From the NCBI GenBank assembly GCA_963700285.1, contig CAVOXA010000010.1:512001-576000 (forward strand): a stretch of DNA of 64,000 bases, given 5' to 3'. The stretch is from an uncultured Chloroflexia bacterium (GTDB taxonomy: Bacteria > Chloroflexota > Anaerolineae > JAAYZQ01). Under the pieces are notes generated by a model. That model made no database searches. It was not told the DNA's origin and worked only from the letters and a program-made list of their open reading frames with translations. Below are positions 57,733-64,000 of the stretch, one piece after another. Within the stretch, counting starts at the first letter, position 1; each line of letters begins with the position of its first letter. Both the position numbers and the translations under genes were made by a program.

Positions 57733-58206
57733 ATGGCAATTCTCACCGGAGACGAAATCATCGAGATCGCGACACGCCTGGAGGAAAGCGGCGAAGCATT
57801 CTACAATTCGGCTGCGGACAAGGCAACTGATGCCGGCGTCAAGGCACTATTCGAAGAACTGGCGATCCAGGAACAGTACCACCGCCAGGCATTCCAGCAG
57901 ATGGGACGCAGGGTGGTAGAACTGGCCCTCTCGCCGGAGCAGTGGGACGAATTCCAGGCCTATACCGGTGCGCTTCTCCAGAATCATTTCTTCACCAGTC
58001 CAGAGAACGCGTTGAGCATTGCGGCTGCGGCCGAGGATGGGCGTGCCGCCTTGCAGGCAGCGTTGGGCTTTGAGAAGGAGACGCTCCTCTTCTTCCACGA
58101 GTTGCGAAACGCAGTCCGCGGTCCTGGTCAGCAGACGGTGGACCGCATCATACAGGAGGAAAAACAGCACGTCCAGCGGCTAACGGGGATGCTGGCGGCA
58201 ACTTGA
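57733..58206 (+). CDS. Rubrerythrin/ferritin-like di-iron protein
   Basis: E..G..FY, EQYH, FEK...F and EEKQH motifs. AAGGAG RBS. Confidence 0.88.
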   Translation: MAILTGDEIIEIATRLEESGEAFYNSAADKATDAGVKALFEELAIQEQYHRQAFQQMGRRVVELALSPEQWDEFQAYTGALLQNHFFTSPENALSIAAAAEDGRAALQAALGFEKETLLFFHELRNAVRGPGQQTVDRIIQEEKQHVQRLTGMLAAT

Positions 58207-58336
58207 GGCACATTCCCGATGCCCACGCTTTGCCCAAGGACGAATATTGTGCGTCGACGATTCGCGAATGGAATGCGGCAGTATTGTCAGCGCTGCAAAA
58301 AGCGGGCGCCAGGCTTTCACAGAGGAGGATACGAGC

Positions 58337-59200
58337 ATGCCCAGGAGTCTCATCGTCTACTTTTCACAGGGTGGTACGACGGCGCAAGTGGCCGAATCAA
58401 TTGCTTCCGGCCTTCGCAGCCACGGGTATCGGGTAGATCTGCACGATGTCACGGATGGGCAACCGCCGACTCCAGATGGCTATGACCTGTTGGGCATCGG
58501 GACGCCCACCTACTACTTCCGTCCGACCTTTGACGTCTCCGACTATGTGGCGGGCCTGCCCGAACTCGCCGGCATGCCAGCCTTTGCCTTTGTTCTTCAT
58601 GGGACCTATCGCGGCGATGCGGGCAACGCAATACGCCAAGGCCTTTCCCAGAAGGAGGCCAAGGAGGTGGGCTACTTTCACTGTCTGGGGGCTGACTACT
58701 ACTTGGGCTATTTGAACCAGGGATATCTTTTCTCGCCCGACCATCCTACTGTGGAGGAGCTGTCCGAAGCGAGAGAGTTTGGATGCCAGATCGCCCTTCG
58801 GGCTGGAGGTGAGGCGTACGCCAGACCGGAAGATGATCCTTCGCCGGCCCTCATCTACCGCTTCGAGCGGTTTACAACGAGTCGTTGGCTAGTCCAGCAG
58901 ATGTATAGCCGCCTCTTTCGGATAAACAAGAAAAAGTGCACGGCCTGCGGTCTGTGTGTCCAGGAATGCCCCACTGGAAACATCACCGAGGACAGGGAGG
59001 GGCACCCGGTCTGGGGTCGCAATTGCCTACTCTGTCTGTACTGCGAGATGCATTGCCCGGACGAAGCGATCACCTCGCCGGCTAGTTGGCCGCTTTTTAC
59101 GCCTTTCGTCAAGTACAACGTGGGCCATGCGTCACGAGATCCTTCACTGGCCTACGTACGGGTCATGCATGATCAGGGAAAGGTCGATCGACGGTCATGA
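58337..59200 (+). CDS. EFR1-like flavodoxin-ferredoxin fusion
   Basis: YFSQGGTT, GTPTY, CTACGLCVQECP and CLLCLYCEMHCP motifs. Confidence 0.88.
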   Translation: MPRSLIVYFSQGGTTAQVAESIASGLRSHGYRVDLHDVTDGQPPTPDGYDLLGIGTPTYYFRPTFDVSDYVAGLPELAGMPAFAFVLHGTYRGDAGNAIRQGLSQKEAKEVGYFHCLGADYYLGYLNQGYLFSPDHPTVEELSEAREFGCQIALRAGGEAYARPEDDPSPALIYRFERFTTSRWLVQQMYSRLFRINKKKCTACGLCVQECPTGNITEDREGHPVWGRNCLLCLYCEMHCPDEAITSPASWPLFTPFVKYNVGHASRDPSLAYVRVMHDQGKVDRRS

Positions 59201-59266
59201 GTCGCTTCCTTGACTAATACGATTGAAATAATCCTTGCTGCTGGCACTGCCAGCACAAAGGGCTAC

Positions 59267-59938
59267 TCACGCCGGGTTCCAGCCAGGCGCCAGCCGGTCT
59301 AACTCTGCCAGCAGGGGGTAAAGATCTGGTTCTTTGAGGACAAAGCTCGCTGCCACGCGTACTCCCTCAGAAGAGGGATTGACCGCGACTCCCATCCGTA
59401 CCCGGCGGAACATATCGATGTCGGAAGTTCCATCGCCCACAGCCAAACACTCCTCTGCTGTCACACCGAATTCGGCCTGCAGCCGGTCCACGACCGGCCC
59501 CTTACCACCCTCCGGGACATGCGCCAGCGCTTCACCACTGACCAGACCGTCCTCAAAGAGGATCTCATTGGCTACGATGCAGTCGATGCCCAGATCCAAC
59601 TGGACCTGTTCTGCATGAATTCGCAGCCCGGTGCTCACCACAGCCACCCAGACGCCCGTGCGCTTTAGCGCGGCAACTATCTCCCGGGCGCCGGGTAGGT
59701 AGGGGTTCTGGCGGAAGGCGGACTCGACCACCGTCCGCTTCACCCCTCTCCAGAGTGAGGCATCGAGACGGAGCCAGCCTTCGTAGTCCAGTTCTCCGCT
59801 CAATCCCGCGTGCGTGAAGGCCTGGGCGGTTTCCCAAGTCCCAAGCTTCTTGTGAAGGTAAACGTAGGGATCCGGGGCCTGCTTGAGCGTCCCATCCAGG
59901 TCAAAAACAGCCAAGCGAAGTGGCATTTGGCCTCCCAT
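59267..59938 (-). CDS. HAD-IB phosphoserine phosphatase-like hydrolase
   Basis: FDLDGTL, VSTG, GK and VGDGTSD motifs. Confidence 0.88.
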   Translation of the reverse strand: MGGQMPLRLAVFDLDGTLKQAPDPYVYLHKKLGTWETAQAFTHAGLSGELDYEGWLRLDASLWRGVKRTVVESAFRQNPYLPGAREIVAALKRTGVWVAVVSTGLRIHAEQVQLDLGIDCIVANEILFEDGLVSGEALAHVPEGGKGPVVDRLQAEFGVTAEECLAVGDGTSDIDMFRRVRMGVAVNPSSEGVRVAASFVLKEPDLYPLLAELDRLAPGWNPA

Positions 59939-59941
59939 GCA

Positions 59942-59982
59942 GCAGGCTCCTGCACCTTGCCACGTGCCTTGCAGGAGCCTGC
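59942..59982. other. 13-bp perfect inverted repeat between pepA and the HAD gene
   Basis: GCAGGCTCCTGCA...TGCAGGAGCCTGC. Confidence 0.6.
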
Positions 59983-60008
59983 ACCGCTACCAGTGTGCTG
60001 GATGCGAG

Positions 60009-61535
60009 TCAGCCCGCTGAAACCCAATCGCGCAAGAATTGGACCAACAGCCGTACACCGAAACCGGTACCGCCTTTGCCCAGATAGGCCGGGCGCTTGG
60101 GCGAGCCGCCGGCTTCCTCAAATGACATACCGGCGATGTCCAGGTGCGCCCAGGGATAGCCTTCGGCAAACTGCTTGAGAAAGATGGCCGAAGCTCCTAC
60201 GCCGCCCGTGCGTCCGCCGCTGTTGGCCAGGTCGGCGGTCAGGCTCTCAATTTTGGCCAGGTAGTCATCATAGAGTGGCATGCGCCACAGGCGCTCGCCG
60301 CTAGTTTGGCTGGCCGTTTGCAGACGGGCCGCCAGCTCGTCGTCGGTACTGAACATACCGGCGGCGATCCCAGCACCCAGGGCAACCACGCAGGCACCCG
60401 TGAGCGTTGCCAGATCCACCACAGCCTTGGGCTCAAAGCGTGCGGCGTAGGCCAGGGCATCGGCCAGGACCAGCCTTCCCTCGGCGTCAGTGCTGATGAT
60501 CTCGATGGTCTTCCCATTCATGGCTGTCAGCACGTCGCCGGGCTTGTAGGCGCGAGCGCCGGGCATATTCTCCGTGGCTGGCACCAACCCCACGACGTGC
60601 AGTGGCAGGTCGAGCTGGCCTACCGCTGCCATGGTGGCCAATACTGCCGCAGCTCCGGCCATGTCGCCCCGCATGCGCTCCATCCCTTGTACTGGCTTCA
60701 GCGAGATCCCACCAGTATCAAAGGTGATGCCCTTGCCCGCCAGTACAATCGTGTCCAGATCTTCCCGGCTGGGATTGTATTCCATCACAATAAAGGCTGC
60801 AGCTTCGTCGCTGCCCTGGGCGACCCCCAAGAACGAGCCCATCTTGAGTTCGCTCGCATCTTCTTCGTTGAGCACCTGGCAGCGCATGTGGTCGAACTCG
60901 CCGGCGATCTCGAGCGCCAACTCGGCCAGGTCACTGGGGGTAGCATAGTTGGCCGGGCGATTCACCAGGTCGCGGGCCAGGCAGGCTGCTTCGGCCACGA
61001 CTTGGCCCACCTGCGCCCCGGATTCGACCTCCGGTATCTTGGCCGGGTCGAACTGGACCAACGTGAACTGCTCTGGGTCCGTCCGGTCCGGAGGTTTGTT
61101 CTTCAGTTCTTGGTAGCGGTAAAGGCCCAAGATTGTGCCCTCTACCACTGCTTGGGCTGCAGCTTGCGCCGGAAAACCTCCAGCGCCTCCGCCATGAACG
61201 ATACTGCTGAACGAGGAAACTCCTAGATCTCGGGCTCTTTGGGCGGCACTTGCTGCCGCTGAGCGCACGGCCTCTAGCGAGAACCCCGCCTGCGGCCCGA
61301 GGCCCACCACCAGTACCCGCCGGGCAGGGATGGCACCGCGTGGGTAAAAGACCGTTGTCTCACCCTTCTTGCCGCGGCAATCCCCGGCGACGATGGCCTC
61401 ACTGATGGCACCGCCGAGCGCCTTGTCCACAGCGCCGGTAGCGCCGCCCGGCGTTTCAATCTCTTCGAATAGGTTGACAACGATCATCTCATCGTCGGTG
61501 GTCTGGATGCCACCGGCGGTTGTCCGGATTTCCAT
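60009..61535 (-). CDS. pepA: Leucyl aminopeptidase (M17)
   Basis: GKGITFDTGG, DMAG, STDAEGRL, DLATLTGA and WAHLDIAG motifs. Confidence 0.95.
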   Translation of the reverse strand: MEIRTTAGGIQTTDDEMIVVNLFEEIETPGGATGAVDKALGGAISEAIVAGDCRGKKGETTVFYPRGAIPARRVLVVGLGPQAGFSLEAVRSAAASAAQRARDLGVSSFSSIVHGGGAGGFPAQAAAQAVVEGTILGLYRYQELKNKPPDRTDPEQFTLVQFDPAKIPEVESGAQVGQVVAEAACLARDLVNRPANYATPSDLAELALEIAGEFDHMRCQVLNEEDASELKMGSFLGVAQGSDEAAAFIVMEYNPSREDLDTIVLAGKGITFDTGGISLKPVQGMERMRGDMAGAAAVLATMAAVGQLDLPLHVVGLVPATENMPGARAYKPGDVLTAMNGKTIEIISTDAEGRLVLADALAYAARFEPKAVVDLATLTGACVVALGAGIAAGMFSTDDELAARLQTASQTSGERLWRMPLYDDYLAKIESLTADLANSGGRTGGVGASAIFLKQFAEGYPWAHLDIAGMSFEEAGGSPKRPAYLGKGGTGFGVRLLVQFLRDWVSAG

Positions 61536-61613
61536 TTTCCTGTCTCCTTCCGACCTTTGTATGCAAGGTAGATACGGCTTCGAGGTCGCATCGCCTTTGT
61601 CCCTTGCCAGCGA

Positions 61614-61823
61614 TTAATCCTCAGCCTCCATCTGTTTTCGCAGGCTGAGGGGTCTCATATCCGTCCACACCTCCTCGATGTAGGCCAGGCATTCTGCCTT
61701 GGTCCCACGCTTGCCGGCTTCCCGCCAGCCCAGCGGGATCTCTCGGTCCACGAACCATATCGAGTACTGCTCTTCGTGGTTGACGACCACGATGTAAGTC
61801 CTGGTGTCCTCCTCATCGTACAT
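61614..61823 (-). CDS. MbtH-like protein
   Basis: [14 protein letters not shown] and WTDMRPLSL motifs. GGAGG RBS. Confidence 0.95.
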   Translation of the reverse strand: MYDEEDTRTYIVVVNHEEQYSIWFVDREIPLGWREAGKRGTKAECLAYIEEVWTDMRPLSLRKQMEAED

Positions 61824-61926
61824 GTTTACGTCTTCCTCCGTTTCGTCATGGTGATTATGCATTCCCAAGGTACTACCATGTCCTCTCTTGTTGGATGATG
61901 AATTGTAGCGGTTGGTTCTCAAATGC

Positions 61927-64000
61927 TCAACTAGCACTTGTGTCAGGCAGCCATCTTTTCTTGCTCCGGACCTTCAACATTCTCTGGATCTCTTCAGGCG
62001 GAATGTCCTTGACAGTCTTTAGCAGCAACGCGACCTGCTCGACCTGGCCAGGTGTGTTCTCCTGGGCGATGATGGTCTGCGACATCTCTGCCACCGTGGG
62101 CGCTTCGAAGATCGTGCGCAGGGCCATGTCCAGCCGAAAGATCTCTCGTGTGCGAGAGATGATCTGTGTGGCCAGCAGCGAGTGTCCACCCAACTCGAAA
62201 AAGTTGTCGTGGATGCCGACTCGCTCGATCCCAAGAGCCTGGCTCCAGATGCTGACCAACACCTCTTCCACCGGTGTGCGAGGTGCTACGAACTCACCTT
62301 GCAGTTCATCGCGAGACCACTCTGGCGCAGGCAACGCGCGGCGGTCGACTTTGCCACTGGCCGTCAGCGGCAGATCATCCAGTACGATGATAGCGGAGGG
62401 CACCATGTATTCAGGCAGCTTTTCCTTTAGAAAGCCTTGTAGCTGCACAACTGTTGGTACTGGCCCCGGGGTGGGAACAATGTAAGCCACCAGGCGCTCA
62501 CGCTCAGTTTCTGGGTCTTTTCTGACCAGAACGAAGGCCTGTTGGACAGACGAATGTTGCGCCAAGACGGCCTCGATCTCTCCCAGTTCGACGCGGTAGC
62601 CACGGATCTTGACCTGTTGATCCATGCGGCCCAGGAACCGGATGTTCCCATCAGGGACATAGGATGCCAGATCTCCGGTCCTGTACATGCGCGCCCCTGG
62701 CTCGCTACTGAAGGGATTGGGGATGAAGCAGTTTGCAGTCAGACCAGGGCAGCCCCAATATCCCCGTGCCAGACCGGCACCTCCAATGTACAGTTCACCA
62801 GACACTCCCACCGGTACGGGCTGGAGATAGTTGTCCAGGACATAGGTCTGCTTATTGGCGATTGGACGTCCGATGGGGGAGGGAAGCCATCGGCAACACA
62901 CTCGCATAGGGTCGAACCAACGGTTGCCTCGGTTGGCCCGTAAGCATTGAAGAACCTGCGGCCGGGAGCCCAGCGGTCCACCAGCTCTGCTGGGCAAGCT
63001 TCTCCTCCCGCGATCACGACCTTGACCGCAGGAAGATCCTCTGTGGGGAGAAGTTGGAGCAATGATGGAGGCAAGTTGAGATGTGACACCCCGGTATCCC
63101 GCAAGAGTCGGATCATCTCGGGCCCAGGAATCAGGCTTTGCTCTGGCGCGAGTTGGAGCGTCGCACCGGCGCACAGAGGTCTGGTGACCTGAGCGATGGC
63201 GGCGTCAAAGCCCAAGGAGAAAGTTTGGAGAAAGCGTGTTCCGGGAAGTACCTCATAGGCGTCGATCTGCGCCAAAGTCAAATTGACCAACCCCTGGTGA
63301 TCGATCATTACCCCCTTGGGGCTGCCGGTTGATCCCGAAGTGAAGACCATATAAGCTATATGTGCTGGCGACAGCCCACCGCCTGGATCCTGTTCGCTCT
63401 CACGAGCGATGGAGCCATCTCCTCTGTCCAGACATACGCTACGGCCCGAGTAGCCAGACAGTCTGTCCAGCAGCTCCTCCGATGTGACCACCAACGAAGC
63501 TTGGGCGTTCTGCAGCATGAACGCCAAGCGTTTGCTTGGATATGTGGGATCCATCGGTACAAAGGCTGCCCCAGACTTGAGAATTCCCAGCAGACCCACC
63601 ACCCATTCCACTGAGCGTTTCATGCAGAGTCCTACCAGTATCTCAGGTTCTGCGCCCAGACTCCGCAAGTAATGGGCTAACTGGTTGGCCCGCTTGTTGA
63701 GCTCGCGGTAGGTAACCTGTTGTTCCTCAAAAGCCACGGCAACCGCATCAGGTGTTCGCTGTGCCTGGCGCTGGAATAACTCGTGCACACAGAGATCTCG
63801 GGGATAGTCCACCTGCGTATCGTTCCAGGCCACGAGCAGCTGATGTTGCTCAGCGTCTGTCAGCAGGGGCAGCTCTGCGATCCGCTGTTCTGGATCTGCC
63901 ACGGATCCCTCTAGCAGCCTAAGGAAATGACCCAACATGCGTCGGGCAGTTGCTGTCTCAAAAAGGTCGGTGTTGTACACTAGCTTTGCGTGCAGGCCGT
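61927..64000 (-). CDS. NRPS C-terminal module (end of C domain-A-T), partial, with a homopolymer frameshift near 62875
   Basis: [48 protein letters not shown] and [11 protein letters not shown] motifs. No TE domain. Confidence 0.95.

Overview
This is a GC-rich bacterial window, most likely from an anaerobic Chloroflexota (Anaerolineae-like) genome; the assignment is inferred from gene content and a Chloroflexi-type 'FLPLV' motif. Scattered single-base indels look like long-read errors. There are five blocks. (1) 1-32035: a co-oriented island of about 30 catabolic genes. It holds three UROD/MtaA-like proteins, a non-pyrrolysine MttB-like methyltransferase, NagA/NagB-like and creatininase-like enzymes, DegT and class III aminotransferases, four aldolases, a degenerate FAH pair, an orphan SdhA-like flavoprotein, many oxidoreductases and one MFS transporter. 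REP-like palindromes and hairpins sit between genes. (2) 32137-34034: a glycosyltransferase remnant and a secreted clan GH-A hydrolase. (3) 34288-38037: a YedE-TusA-cysteine desulfurase selenium/sulfur module with a divergent LysR gene and face-to-face promoters, followed by YprB-like and CPBP genes (to 40267). (4) 40767-57134: hypABF-DE-protease-hypC, a group 3b [NiFe]-hydrogenase operon and an RR-HK-HK-RR module. Two scars of a deleted group 1, Tat-exported hydrogenase flank the first protease. (5) 57733-64000: ferritin-like, EFR1-like, HAD, PepA and MbtH genes, and the end of an NRPS lacking a thioesterase. No rRNA, tRNA, CRISPR array or intact transposase was seen.
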